In this document: piece after piece, positions 27,431 through 38,189 of the stretch
Position numbering within the stretch: the stretch's first letter is position 1
Layout: the number at the start of each line of letters is the position of its first letter
Assembly (NCBI GenBank): GCA_012960465.1
Contig: DUBF01000166.1
Coordinates: 5,284 to 69,283 of the forward strand
From: Rhodospirillales bacterium
GTDB lineage: Bacteria; Pseudomonadota; Alphaproteobacteria; Rhodospirillales; UBA2165
Length of the DNA: 64,000 bases
Direction of reading: 5' to 3'
Translations under genes and position numbers: made by a program
Notes under the pieces: model-generated
Told to the model about the DNA's origin: nothing
The model's input: the letters and a program-made list of their open reading frames with translations, nothing else
Databases searched by the model: none

Positions 27431-30427
27431 ATGACGGTACCATTACCCATGCAGGTTTATAATATTCCTGCGGAGATGCCTTTTGTCGATACATTAGCTT
27501 CTGGCATGATTGCACGTGCGGCTGCAAGTCTATTTGAATTAGAAGATTTCACAATACTCCTTCCGACCCGTCGTGCGATAAGGTCTCTTCGCGATGCCTT
27601 TTTGCGGCAGAGTGGGGGCGTTCCCATGCTACTACCCCGAATGTTACCATTGGGAGATCTTGATGAAGAAGAACTTTTTATCGTTGGTTGGGAGGAATCT
27701 GGGATAAAATTTACCGGAGAGATTGAAGTTGATCTTCCCGAAGCAATTTCGACTATTCATCGCCAATTACTGTTGACAAAGCGCATACTGGTTCTCGAAG
27801 GCAACCGTATTAGTGTTGACCAGGCGGCGCGATTGGCGAGTGAACTTGGAAGGTTACTTGATCAAGTACAGATAGAACAACTAAAATTCGAAGATTTGCA
27901 CGCCCTAGTACCAGATGAATATGCTCAACATTGGCAGGTTACTTTAGAATTTTTAGAAGTTATAACAAAATTTTGGCCAAGTATTTTAGAAGAAAAAGGC
28001 CTGATTGATCCTGCTGAACGGCGCAATTATATAATGAAAGCACAACTTTCTTATTGGGAGAGACGGGTTCCTGAATACCCGGTAATTGCTGCAGGTTCGA
28101 CCGGCAGTATTCCTGTAACCGCAGATTTATTGACTTTAATTGCTAGTTTTCCTGAAGGTGCGGTTGTTTTGCCGGGTTTGGATCCGTCGCTGAATATAAA
28201 AGATGTCTATGATATTGAAACACATCCTCAATACGGTTTATATCGATTATTAACTAAAATGGATTTGACAGCAAGTGAAGTTCAAAAGTGGCCAAACACA
28301 AAAATTAATAAAGCAGTTAAATCTAAAAGGAAATTCGCGCCAGCTTCTCGTACAGAGCTAATTTCCAATGTTATGTGTCCAGCTGAAAAGGTTGGTGATT
28401 GGAGATCGTTAGATTCCATACCCAAGGAGGCTCTCCAAGGTGTTGAAAATATAACTTGTCCGGGTCCGGATGAAGAGGCTGGTGTTGTTGCATTAATATT
28501 ACGAGAGGTTTTAGAAAAAGCTAATAAAACTGCAGCCCTTATCACACCAGATCGCCGTCTCGCCCGTCGGGTATCGAATGAGCTCGGTCGTTGGGGAATC
28601 AATATTGATGATTCTGCTGGGATTCCATTGCAACAAACTAATTCTGGATCATTTTTGCGTCTAACTGCAAAACTAGTTTCCGGCAATTTTTTACCTATTG
28701 ACTTTTTAGCTATTGGTAAACATCCTTTAGCTGCCGGAGGAACCGAGCCAGTCGCATTTCGCCAACTTGTCCGCACACTAGAGATTGAGTTTTTGCGCGG
28801 ACCACGTCCGGCACCAGGTATTGAGGGCCTTCTTACATTAATACCTAGGGATCAATCCAAACTTCGTGGAATGCTTAAATTTATACAATTGATAAGTGCT
28901 GAATTTCGTCAGGCAATGACTAAAACGGAAACACCTTTGGTTGATATTTTAAAAACACATTTAGCGTTTGCAGAGTCTTTGGCTAGTAGCCATGAACAGT
29001 CTGGTTCGGAGCGGTTGTGGTTCGGTGATGAAGGTGCAATTACGTCTAAATTCCTTTTAGGGCTTTTAGAAGTGAGTAATAGTTTAGGTGATATTGACGG
29101 ATCATCTTACCCAGCATTATTAGACGTTTTATTGATTGGCCAGGTAGCACGCCGCAGTTTTGGCAGTCACCCCAGACTAGCTATTTGGGGCTTATTGGAG
29201 GCCCGATTACAGCACGCAGATTTGGTTATTATTTCAGGTTTGAATGAGGGGACTTGGCCACCCGATGTTGGCTCTGATCCTTGGATGAGCCGACCGATGC
29301 GAAAAGAATTTGGTTTACCATCTCCAGAGCGCCGCATTGGATTAACAGCACATGATTTTCAGCAGGCGTTTTCAGCGCCAGAAGTTGTTATGACACGATC
29401 AGCTCGAGTTGATGGCACACCAACTGTGCCTTCTCGTTGGTTGGTGCGACTGCAAAAATTATTAGCTGGACTGGAACCGGAGGTTTCTGATCGTTTTTTA
29501 CAACCCAGTTACCGGCTTGATTGGCAATCTCGTCTCGACCAACCTAAAAAAGTTCAACCAATCAATCCTCCTGCACCACGTCCACCAGTTGGAGTTCGTC
29601 CACGCAAACTCTCAGTAACCCAAATTGAAACCTGGATGCGAGATCCCTATGCAATTTATGCCCGACATATTCTCGGTTTGCAATCATTGCCAAAACTTGA
29701 CTCTGCTCCTGATGCTGCGGATTATGGTACCTTAATACATGGTGTGATTGATATTTTTTCTAAGAATTATCCATATGACTTACCATCAAATTCCCTTGAG
29801 CAGCTTGTTAAAATTGGTAATGAAAAATTTAAATCTGTTTTGAAGTACCCTAGTGTATGGGCCTTTTGGTGGCCTCGGTTCTTGCGTATTGCAGAATGGT
29901 TTATACGTTTAGAAACTTTACGCCGAGAGGAAACAACAAAAACTTATAGTGAAGCTAGGGGTGTTATTGAAATAATGGCTCCAGGTGGTATATTTCAATT
30001 AACTGCCAAAGCCGATAGAATTGATGAATTAAAAGATGGTATGCTTCGTATCATTGATTATAAAACCGGGGCACCCCCAAGTAAGCTTGAGGTGGCTGCA
30101 GGATTCGCACCACAGTTACCACTAGAAGCTTTAATTGCTCAGGCGGGAGGATTTTCCGGTATTTCCGCAAAGCGTGTAAGCGAATTAAATTATTGGCGAT
30201 TACGTGGTAGTATTCCCGCTGGTGAGGTTTCGTCAGTAGGAGATAATCCAACTGAATTAGCGGCCGATGCTAAAGAAGGCGTTGCCGCCCTAATCAGACT
30301 ATTTGATGATGTCAGAACCCCTTATGAGTCAAGACCACGACCGGGAAATGCGCCTAAATTTTCAGATTATGAACATTTAGCACGGGTTAAGGAGTGGTCA
30401 ACATCTGAGGAGGAAAATAGCTCATGA
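27431..30427 (+). CDS. addB: Double-strand break repair protein AddB (alphaproteobacterial type)
   Basis: 998 aa upstream of and overlapping addA by 4 nt. C-terminal PD-(D/E)xK nuclease motif RIDELKDGMLRIIDYKTG. Lacks an intact helicase Walker A, as expected for AddB. Confidence 0.9.
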   Translation: MTVPLPMQVYNIPAEMPFVDTLASGMIARAAASLFELEDFTILLPTRRAIRSLRDAFLRQSGGVPMLLPRMLPLGDLDEEELFIVGWEESGIKFTGEIEVDLPEAISTIHRQLLLTKRILVLEGNRISVDQAARLASELGRLLDQVQIEQLKFEDLHALVPDEYAQHWQVTLEFLEVITKFWPSILEEKGLIDPAERRNYIMKAQLSYWERRVPEYPVIAAGSTGSIPVTADLLTLIASFPEGAVVLPGLDPSLNIKDVYDIETHPQYGLYRLLTKMDLTASEVQKWPNTKINKAVKSKRKFAPASRTELISNVMCPAEKVGDWRSLDSIPKEALQGVENITCPGPDEEAGVVALILREVLEKANKTAALITPDRRLARRVSNELGRWGINIDDSAGIPLQQTNSGSFLRLTAKLVSGNFLPIDFLAIGKHPLAAGGTEPVAFRQLVRTLEIEFLRGPRPAPGIEGLLTLIPRDQSKLRGMLKFIQLISAEFRQAMTKTETPLVDILKTHLAFAESLASSHEQSGSERLWFGDEGAITSKFLLGLLEVSNSLGDIDGSSYPALLDVLLIGQVARRSFGSHPRLAIWGLLEARLQHADLVIISGLNEGTWPPDVGSDPWMSRPMRKEFGLPSPERRIGLTAHDFQQAFSAPEVVMTRSARVDGTPTVPSRWLVRLQKLLAGLEPEVSDRFLQPSYRLDWQSRLDQPKKVQPINPPAPRPPVGVRPRKLSVTQIETWMRDPYAIYARHILGLQSLPKLDSAPDAADYGTLIHGVIDIFSKNYPYDLPSNSLEQLVKIGNEKFKSVLKYPSVWAFWWPRFLRIAEWFIRLETLRREETTKTYSEARGVIEIMAPGGIFQLTAKADRIDELKDGMLRIIDYKTGAPPSKLEVAAGFAPQLPLEALIAQAGGFSGISAKRVSELNYWRLRGSIPAGEVSSVGDNPTELAADAKEGVAALIRLFDDVRTPYESRPRPGNAPKFSDYEHLARVKEWSTSEEENSS

Positions 30428-33400
30428 GAGAGGCTAATCATTTTTTCTCTGATCCAAATCACCAACAACGCCTTGCTTCGGATCCGGTAGCATCAGTCTG
30501 GGTATCCGCATCAGCGGGAACAGGAAAAACGAAAGTTCTAACAGATCGCGTCTTGAGTTTGTTGTTAACTGGGATCAAGCCACAGCGTATTCTGTGTTTG
30601 ACCTTTACTCGAGCAGCAGCAGCTGAAATGGAGTTTCGAATTTCAGATCGGTTAGGCCAATGGACAATGGCAGATGATGGTGTTCTTCGTGAGGAGTTAG
30701 GTAATTTATTAGGTATTTCGGTGCAAGATAATTTAGTTCAGCGCGCTCGATACCTTTTTGCCCACGTGTTGGATACGCCAGGTGGAATGAATATCCAAAC
30801 TATACATGCTTTTTGCCAGTCGTTGCTAGGGCGATTTCCGTTGGAAGCTGGTGTTTCACCTCATTTTTCCTTGATGGAAGAGCGGGATGCTGAAGAAATG
30901 TTGTTTAGCGCGCGAGAAAAATTGTTTAATCATGCGCGCAGCGGTGCAGATAGTCGTTTGGCTGATGCTTTGGCAAATGTTACGGCGCATATTCATGAAA
31001 CCCAGTTTTTTGAATTGCTCGCTGATTTAACATACGCCAGAGGACGTTTGCGTAGCTTAATTTCTTCCTTTGGCGATATTGAGGGCGTAATTTCTAATAT
31101 AGAAAAGTTACTGTCAGTAAAGCCCGGCGAAACCCCGGAAAGCGTAATCGAGATGGCTTCCAAAAACGAGAATTTAAGTGAATCCGATTTACGGTCAGCA
31201 ATTTTGGCTCTTAGTATGGGTAATGAACAAGATGTGACAAGGGGACAAAAAATTCAATCTTGGTTAGATGAGCCGTCAGCTCGTATAGATTCATTTTTTG
31301 AGTACGCGTCAATATTTTTAACAGATTTTAATAATCGTAGTTTCAATGTTCGTACTACATTAATTACCAAACCTGCACAGAAGAAGTCACCGGATGCAGT
31401 CGACATACTAATGGCAGAGGGAATACGTCTTCAGCATATAATATTACACTGGCGTTCCGTTAGTATTACTGAAAGTACATCAAGTTTGTTGGTACTCTGG
31501 GAGGCGTTGCTGGCTAACTATCAAGCACAAAAAGATGCCAAATCGCTTATGGATTATGACGATCTTATTCTAATGGCTGGTGAGTTGTTGACCCGTAAAG
31601 GCGTTGCACCGTGGGTACTGTTTAAACTTGATGGTGGAATAGACCATGTACTTGTTGATGAAGCTCAGGATACTAGTCCTGCGCAATGGCAGGTTATTGA
31701 GGCGTTGGTTGCAGAATTTTTTGTCGGGCTAGGCGCCCATGAGACTACGCCTACAATTTTTGTAGTTGGTGATGTGAAGCAGTCTATTTATTCATTCCAA
31801 GGGGCAGATCCGATTACTTTTGGTCGTATGAAAACATTCTTTGCTACACACGCGGAACATGCCCAAAAAATTTGGAGACCAATTGATTTGACAGTATCCT
31901 TTCGTTCAACCAAAGCGGTGTTATCCGTTGTAGATGCTGTCTTCACCTTGCCAGATACTGCTGGCGGTGTAGTACTTGATAATCAAATCATACAACATGA
32001 GGTTTGGCGAACGCAAGAGGGTGGGCTGGTTGAGCTGTGGCCACCAGTGGAGCCTCGTCTATCTGATGCACCAACTTCTTGGAAGCCTCCTGTGGAGAGA
32101 ATAAGGGGTGATGCTCCGCAAACACGTTTAGCTAGGCTTGTTGCAGGGCGTATTGCTAAAATGTTGCAGAATAAAGAAGTATTAGAGGCTAAGGGCCGTC
32201 CAATTGAACCAGGCGATATTATGATTTTAGTACGACGCCGGACAGGTTTTGTTGAAGACATTGTGCGTTCTTTGAAAGAACTCAACATTAGAGTCGCCGG
32301 TATTGATCGAATGGTCCTAACCGAGCAATTAGCAGTAATGGATTTGATAGCTTTCGGCCAATTCTTACTATTACCTGAAGACGATTTGACGCTGGCGAGT
32401 TTGCTTAAATCTCCATTAATTGGACTAAACGAAGAACAATTATTTAAGTTAGCCCACCAACGTAATGGCTCACTTTGGCAATCGCTCGTTAAGAATAGAA
32501 AAACGGACTCAAAATTATTGTCGGCGTATGAGGAGCTTTTTTATTTCATGGGACGAGCTGATTTTATACCTCCATTTGAACTTTTTGGTGAACTCTTAGG
32601 TGCTCACAATGGTCGCAAAAAATTAGTATCGCGTTTAGGTCCAGACGCATTGGATCCAATCTCAGAATTTCTAAATTTAGCTCTAGTTTATGAAAAATCT
32701 CACGCAGCCTCACTAGAAGGTTTTTTGCATTGGGTGTCAGCTGGCGAGGTGGAAATTAAGCGAGATCTCGAACAAGCGACACAAAATTCTGTGCGTGTTA
32801 TGACGGTACACGCGGCTAAAGGCCTTCAAGCACCCATCGTTTTTTTGCCGGATACGATGCAGATACCCAAGAAAGGCCCGGCTTTGCTGTGGCCTCAAAA
32901 TCTAGATGGAAAAGATCAAGCTGTTTTATGGCCAACGAGACGAGGTCTTTATGAAGAAGTCTCTCAAGGCGAATACGAAGTTGTTAGTCGACGCCGTGAT
33001 CAAGAATATAAACGTTTGCTTTACGTGGCGATGACACGGGCTGAAGATCGACTTTATATTTGTGGTTGGCAAACGAAAAATAAGCCACCTGAGCATTGTT
33101 GGTACAATATAATCAAAAGAGGTTTATCACAAATTGGTCAAGAGGTTACCGATTCCTATTTACAAGAGGTAGGGGAAACGTCGAGCCCGAAGGTCCTACA
33201 AGTAATATCAGAGCAAAAGGCCAAAATTACCGATATAGGAGATTTTTCAGATTTAAATTATATAGAACTGCCACAGTGGGTATCTAACCCTCCTGCTAAG
33301 GAGCCTTTACCTCCAACAATCTTAACGCCATCGAAGCCAAATGGTGAGGAGTTAGTTATCAGATCACCGCTTCAGAAAAATGATGAATTCCGGTTCAAAC

Positions 33401-33900
33401 GTGGGCAGATTATCCACACACTTTTACAAGCCTTACCAGATCTGGAACCGAGAAAACGAGAACTAGCAGTTAAAAGATTTCTTAGCCGTGAGGTTTATGG
33501 TTTGGATTCAAGCCAACAAAAAGAAATTACTAACGAGGTGCTATCTGTGGTTGGCGATCCAGAGTTTGGCCCCATATTTGGTCCTGGCTCGCGGGCCGAA
33601 GTGCCGCTGACTGGCATGATTGGTGGACAAATTATCTCTGCTCAGCTTGATCGTTTGCTTGTTACAGAAAGTGAAGTTTTTGTAATAGATTTCAAAACTA
33701 ATCGCCCTCCGCCGACGACACCCGATAGCGTCGATGAAAATTACTTACGGCAAATGGCAGCTTATCGCGTGACATTACAAAATATTTATCCAGATAAAGA
33801 AATTAAATGTGCATTGTTATGGACAGTTGGGACGCATTTAATGCAGCTTGAGGCTGAAAGATTACTTCAATACGAGCCTAAAGAATTTCAGGAGGGTTAA
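30424..33900 (+). CDS. addA: Double-strand break repair helicase-nuclease AddA
   Basis: UvrD/Rep motifs SASAGTGKTKVL, VDEAQDTSPAQW, SFRS, VMTVHAAKGLQAP and YVAMTRAEDRL. C-terminal nuclease FVIDFKTN. Confidence 0.93.
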   Translation: MREANHFFSDPNHQQRLASDPVASVWVSASAGTGKTKVLTDRVLSLLLTGIKPQRILCLTFTRAAAAEMEFRISDRLGQWTMADDGVLREELGNLLGISVQDNLVQRARYLFAHVLDTPGGMNIQTIHAFCQSLLGRFPLEAGVSPHFSLMEERDAEEMLFSAREKLFNHARSGADSRLADALANVTAHIHETQFFELLADLTYARGRLRSLISSFGDIEGVISNIEKLLSVKPGETPESVIEMASKNENLSESDLRSAILALSMGNEQDVTRGQKIQSWLDEPSARIDSFFEYASIFLTDFNNRSFNVRTTLITKPAQKKSPDAVDILMAEGIRLQHIILHWRSVSITESTSSLLVLWEALLANYQAQKDAKSLMDYDDLILMAGELLTRKGVAPWVLFKLDGGIDHVLVDEAQDTSPAQWQVIEALVAEFFVGLGAHETTPTIFVVGDVKQSIYSFQGADPITFGRMKTFFATHAEHAQKIWRPIDLTVSFRSTKAVLSVVDAVFTLPDTAGGVVLDNQIIQHEVWRTQEGGLVELWPPVEPRLSDAPTSWKPPVERIRGDAPQTRLARLVAGRIAKMLQNKEVLEAKGRPIEPGDIMILVRRRTGFVEDIVRSLKELNIRVAGIDRMVLTEQLAVMDLIAFGQFLLLPEDDLTLASLLKSPLIGLNEEQLFKLAHQRNGSLWQSLVKNRKTDSKLLSAYEELFYFMGRADFIPPFELFGELLGAHNGRKKLVSRLGPDALDPISEFLNLALVYEKSHAASLEGFLHWVSAGEVEIKRDLEQATQNSVRVMTVHAAKGLQAPIVFLPDTMQIPKKGPALLWPQNLDGKDQAVLWPTRRGLYEEVSQGEYEVVSRRRDQEYKRLLYVAMTRAEDRLYICGWQTKNKPPEHCWYNIIKRGLSQIGQEVTDSYLQEVGETSSPKVLQVISEQKAKITDIGDFSDLNYIELPQWVSNPPAKEPLPPTILTPSKPNGEELVIRSPLQKNDEFRFKRGQIIHTLLQALPDLEPRKRELAVKRFLSREVYGLDSSQQKEITNEVLSVVGDPEFGPIFGPGSRAEVPLTGMIGGQIISAQLDRLLVTESEVFVIDFKTNRPPPTTPDSVDENYLRQMAAYRVTLQNIYPDKEIKCALLWTVGTHLMQLEAERLLQYEPKEFQEG

Positions 33901-34007
33901 TGACTTCTCTTGACGACAGTTCCCGTGAATCATAGATTGACTTTATGTTATTTTAATATTCCATGGTGCAGAATAAGAATATCTACAAAAAAATATAGGA
34001 TAAAAGC

Positions 34008-34325
34008 ATGTCTAAACAAGTAACTGATGATTCATTTGATACCGATGTTATTTCGGCCACAAAGCCTGTGTTGGTTGATTTCTGGGCTGAATGGTGTGGT
34101 CCATGTAAACAGATTGCACCGGCATTAGATGAACTTGGTGACGAATTTGGTAATCAATTAACGATTGCTAAGGTTAACATTGATGATAACCCAGAAACAC
34201 CATCGAAATATGGTGTTCGCGGTATTCCTACTTTGATTTTATTTAAAGATGGTGAAGTCGCATCGACAAAAGTTGGTGCATTGCCGAAAAGTAAACTTAA
34301 GGAATGGATAGAATCTGTCATTTAA
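34008..34325 (+). CDS. trxA: Thioredoxin
   Basis: 105 aa with the active site WAEWCGPCK. Confidence 0.96.
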   Translation: MSKQVTDDSFDTDVISATKPVLVDFWAEWCGPCKQIAPALDELGDEFGNQLTIAKVNIDDNPETPSKYGVRGIPTLILFKDGEVASTKVGALPKSKLKEWIESVI

Positions 34326-34354
34326 ATTGATAACAGTATGGTAAAATAATGAGA

Positions 34355-34384
34355 CCCTACCTGAGTGGTGGGGTTTTGTTTTTT
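34355..34384 (+). terminator. Rho-independent terminator of trxA
   Basis: Stem CCCTACC (34355-34361) pairs with GGTGGGG (34367-34373, one G-U pair) around the loop TGAGT, followed by TTTTGTTTTTT. Confidence 0.7.
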
Positions 34385-34405
34385 GATGGGATATAGGAAT
34401 AGCTT

Positions 34406-35944
34406 ATGAAAACGAGCATTACTGTAGATGAGGTCAATCAGTGGCAGTATTCCAATGAACTTAATCCTTTATACCTGAATTATATTTGTACACTGAACGG
34501 TCACTATCCGGTTCAGATAGAGAGCGGTTTTAATTATTGTGAGTTAGGATGTGGAGTTGGCGTTACTCTAAACGGTTTGGCTGAATTATTTCCTAAAGGC
34601 AAGTTTTTTGGTATTGATAATAATATCGATTACATTGATGCTGCTGTGGCGCTTGCTAAAGGAATTGACGGTTCTAATATTGATTTCAAGCTTGCAGACT
34701 TTACTGGGCTCTCAAATGCGGTCTTACCAGATTTTGATTTTATTATCCTCCATGATATTTATTCTTGGATTGATAAAGATGCGCGTCAGCATATTCAGGA
34801 CTTTATTGCTAATCATTTAAAAGAAGATGGTATTCTTTATTTAAATTATGAGGCGCTGCCAGGTGGCTCTGCGATTGCGCCGTTACGTAATATTGTATCT
34901 TTTCACACCAGTGGTATGACAACCGATAATGTCATTAAAGCACAATCTGGCTTGGATTATTTAGATTTTATGGCAAGTAATGAAGCTGGTTATTTTGCTG
35001 AAAATACTACTGCCAAACAATTCTTTAATGATTTAAAAATCAAAGATATTAATTATGTGGCCCATAGACTTCTAAACAATTCCTTTAAACCATATTTCTT
35101 CCACCAAATAATGCAGGAAATGCTAAAAATAGGACTTAGCTTTTCAGGCAGTGCAATTTGTCATTTGAACTTTATAGATTTAGCAGTACCGCTTGAATTT
35201 AAAGAGTTCTTAAAAACTCTTGCAACGAGGGAGCAATTTGAAAACCATGGTGATTTAATAAGAAACCAGCGTTTTAGAAAAGATATATTTGTAAAGCCAA
35301 GTAAAATAATGGGTGAACAGGAGCAGATTGAGATACTCTCAAAAATTATGTTTGGGACGACTTGTACAGAGAATGAATTTGAATTGATGGCGGTGTTTGG
35401 TGAGGTTGAACTGAGTTATAATAATGATATTTTTAAACGTTTGATTAGTATTTTATCAGATACTCCAAAATCCGCAGTTAGCCTTATGGATAATGAACAT
35501 TTAAAAGATTATTCATTAGAATTGGTAGTAGACGCCTTGAAGTTTTTAAGTTCTGGCGGCCAAGTTTACCCCTTTTTAATGACAGCTGATGATAGCATCG
35601 AACTAGATTTGGGTGCCAATAGGTATTCTATATCATCAAATTCGAATATTCAGTTTTTAAAGAACCGGCTTTTTAAACAGAATGAAATAACCCTTATAGC
35701 ACCTAAAGCAGGTGTTGGTATTAAAATGACTATGGCAGATGCTTTGTTCACTCTCTGTATCGCGGAGGCGAATCGTGATGAGGTTGTCGATTGGATTATG
35801 CAGCGTTTGATGGAGGCTAATCAAGAAATCTTAACTGATGGTGCTAATGAGAAAGACACCATAACAACAGGTTATGAAGAATTCCGCAAAAATCGCCTAC
35901 CTAAATTTCTTCAACTGGGAATTTTAGAACCAGCAGAGAGTTAA
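34406..35944 (+). CDS. Class I SAM-dependent methyltransferase fused to a 'methyltransferase regulatory' C-terminal domain
   Basis: SAM motif I YCELGCGVGVT and post-I FGIDNN. The long (~330 aa) C-terminal region resembles the predicted methyltransferase regulatory domain family. Confidence 0.7.
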   Translation: MKTSITVDEVNQWQYSNELNPLYLNYICTLNGHYPVQIESGFNYCELGCGVGVTLNGLAELFPKGKFFGIDNNIDYIDAAVALAKGIDGSNIDFKLADFTGLSNAVLPDFDFIILHDIYSWIDKDARQHIQDFIANHLKEDGILYLNYEALPGGSAIAPLRNIVSFHTSGMTTDNVIKAQSGLDYLDFMASNEAGYFAENTTAKQFFNDLKIKDINYVAHRLLNNSFKPYFFHQIMQEMLKIGLSFSGSAICHLNFIDLAVPLEFKEFLKTLATREQFENHGDLIRNQRFRKDIFVKPSKIMGEQEQIEILSKIMFGTTCTENEFELMAVFGEVELSYNNDIFKRLISILSDTPKSAVSLMDNEHLKDYSLELVVDALKFLSSGGQVYPFLMTADDSIELDLGANRYSISSNSNIQFLKNRLFKQNEITLIAPKAGVGIKMTMADALFTLCIAEANRDEVVDWIMQRLMEANQEILTDGANEKDTITTGYEEFRKNRLPKFLQLGILEPAES

Positions 35945-36873
35945 TATCCTCTCACACTATCTGTAAGCTGTAGAAGTGGTTTATTGGCTTCAAAGCGTCT
36001 TATGTTTTCTATAAATACTGGCGCAATTTGAGCTACGGGAGGCCTTCTTGCTACGTGCGGCAATATAGTAATGAAAGGGTGATCCCAAAGTGGGCTATCA
36101 TTTGGTAATGGCTCTGGTTCCGTAACATCTAAAGTTGCTGCAGATAGTTGGCCGCTATCAAGAGCTGCAATGAGATCATTATCTATGATGTGCCCCCCGC
36201 GTCCTAAATTAATAATTGAGGCACCTTTTGGCATTTTTGAAAAAGTTTTTGAATTTAATATACCTCTCGTTTCTGGCGTAAAAGGTAGCAAACAAAGGGC
36301 AATGTCAGTTCTTTCAAGGAATTTATCAAGTTCTCTGGGACCTGAGAAAATCTTAATGGGAGCTTTTGTTTTAGGTGTTCGGGTCCATGCAGCAACATCG
36401 AACTTCATACCAAAGAGAACTTTTGCAATAGGTTTGGACATGGTTCCATAGCCCAATAAACCTATTCGCTGTTCAGATGGCGCTTTTTGTTCGATTTCTC
36501 GCCATTGATGTTGTCGTTGATAATCTAGATAAGTTGGTAAATTACGATGATGACGTAAAACATGTGTGATGCCATACTCTGTTAAGGATGGATCGCCCCC
36601 TTCTGGTTCTCCTTTAACCAAGGGGATCCCTTTGGGACAGGCAGGATTGTTATAAATACCCTCAACGCCTGCCAACATTGTTAACATTAGTTTGAGATTT
36701 GGTAGGGCTGGTAATTCCTGTAAAGTTGGTCGCCCAATTATTAGGTATTCAATGTTTTCCGGGTTACCAATGTTTGGCCATTCTCGGACTTCCAGATTTG
36801 GAAGCGTGTTATTAAAAAAACTGGTCCAATCTCCTTTTTTACCACGCAGGCTATTAAATAGTAATAATGCCAT
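35941..36873 (-). CDS. D-isomer-specific 2-hydroxyacid dehydrogenase (glyoxylate/hydroxypyruvate reductase A-like)
   Basis: NAD-binding IGLLGYGTMSKPIAKVL, catalytic-region INLGRGGHIID and LDVTEPEPLP...PHVA. Confidence 0.8.
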   Translation of the reverse strand: MALLLFNSLRGKKGDWTSFFNNTLPNLEVREWPNIGNPENIEYLIIGRPTLQELPALPNLKLMLTMLAGVEGIYNNPACPKGIPLVKGEPEGGDPSLTEYGITHVLRHHRNLPTYLDYQRQHQWREIEQKAPSEQRIGLLGYGTMSKPIAKVLFGMKFDVAAWTRTPKTKAPIKIFSGPRELDKFLERTDIALCLLPFTPETRGILNSKTFSKMPKGASIINLGRGGHIIDNDLIAALDSGQLSAATLDVTEPEPLPNDSPLWDHPFITILPHVARRPPVAQIAPVFIENIRRFEANKPLLQLTDSVRGY

Positions 36874-36887
36874 TACTTTCTATTCTC

Positions 36888-38159
36888 CTATTTATTTTCT
36901 TCTAAAATGTTACCTGCTAGATAGAGCGAGCCGCATATTAGAATTTTTGATGGTGATTTTTCTGCAGAAACAATCTCTTCTATAGCTTTAGTAACAGAAC
37001 TCGCTGTTTTCGCTTGAAATCCAATCTTTTTTGCAACTGTGGATATTTCCTCAGCACTAAAACTAGCGTCCGAACCAACGATGTTTATGGCGGTTAAACT
37101 CTTGGTGTATTGGCGTAATGGAGCCAAAAACTCGGCAGGTGTTTTGGTATTGATTAACCCAGTAATGAGGTGGATTGGGCCATCCGTCAGGGTCTTAAGT
37201 GTTGCGGCAATCGCAACTCCAGCTGCAGGGTTATGACCACCATCCAGCCATAATTCCCAATGATTTGGGAGTTGTGCGCATAAAGGACCTTTGGTGAGCA
37301 GTTGCATTCGTGCTGGCCAATCAACATTTTTTATACCTGTAGCTACAGCTTGGCGATTGATCCTTTTATCACCGAGTTCTGCCAATGTTACAATTCCGAG
37401 TCCAGCATTCTGTATTTGGTGGGGACCTACAAGGTTTGGCAGTGGGGGATTAATTTGACCATCCAGGCTCATTACTGACAGTTTGTCTGCTTTAACAGCA
37501 ACCCACCAGTTCTCATCTTGAACACTTAACGGGGCATTAATTTCTTCGGCAGAATTTTTAATAACTTCGAGAACTAGAGGGTCTTGTTTAGCGGTAACGC
37601 AGGCAACACCTCTTTTTATTATACCCGATTTTTCTTTTGCGATCCCTGCTAAGTCGTGACCTAGAAACCCGGCATGATCATGGCTAATTGGTGTAAGAGC
37701 CGTTACGGTTGGTCTAGTAATTACGTTGGTTGCGTCTAACCGTCCACCTAAACCAGTTTCTAATAAAACTAAATCACTCGGTGTCCGAGAAAATGCGAGA
37801 AGTGCAATAGCCGTCGTAATTTCGAAAAATGTAATTGGCGCATTTCCATTTATAGCTTCAACTTCAGCCATTAAGCCTAAAAGTTCGTGGTCATTTATAA
37901 TTTCACCACTAATCCTAATTCGTTCGTTAAACCTTACTAAATGGGGCGATGTGTATGCGTGAACTTTTAGGCCAGCAGCTTCAGCAATTGCGCGGATAAA
38001 AGCAAGTGTTGACCCTTTTCCATTTGTACCCGCAATATGAACTACAGGTGAAAGTGAATTTTGTGGGTTACCAAGTAACTCTAGCAAACGATTAATACGG
38101 TCCAAAGAAAGATCAATGACTTTTGGATGGTGTTGGTTGAGGCGCTGAATGAGATCCAT
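36888..38159 (-). CDS. folC: Bifunctional folylpolyglutamate synthase / dihydrofolate synthase
   Basis: P-loop HIAGTNGKGST, SPHLVRFNERI and Mur-ligase-type middle and C-terminal domains. Confidence 0.9.
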   Translation of the reverse strand: MDLIQRLNQHHPKVIDLSLDRINRLLELLGNPQNSLSPVVHIAGTNGKGSTLAFIRAIAEAAGLKVHAYTSPHLVRFNERIRISGEIINDHELLGLMAEVEAINGNAPITFFEITTAIALLAFSRTPSDLVLLETGLGGRLDATNVITRPTVTALTPISHDHAGFLGHDLAGIAKEKSGIIKRGVACVTAKQDPLVLEVIKNSAEEINAPLSVQDENWWVAVKADKLSVMSLDGQINPPLPNLVGPHQIQNAGLGIVTLAELGDKRINRQAVATGIKNVDWPARMQLLTKGPLCAQLPNHWELWLDGGHNPAAGVAIAATLKTLTDGPIHLITGLINTKTPAEFLAPLRQYTKSLTAINIVGSDASFSAEEISTVAKKIGFQAKTASSVTKAIEEIVSAEKSPSKILICGSLYLAGNILEENK

Positions 38160-38189
38160 ATCTCTTACATGTAATTCTAACTGCGGTAC

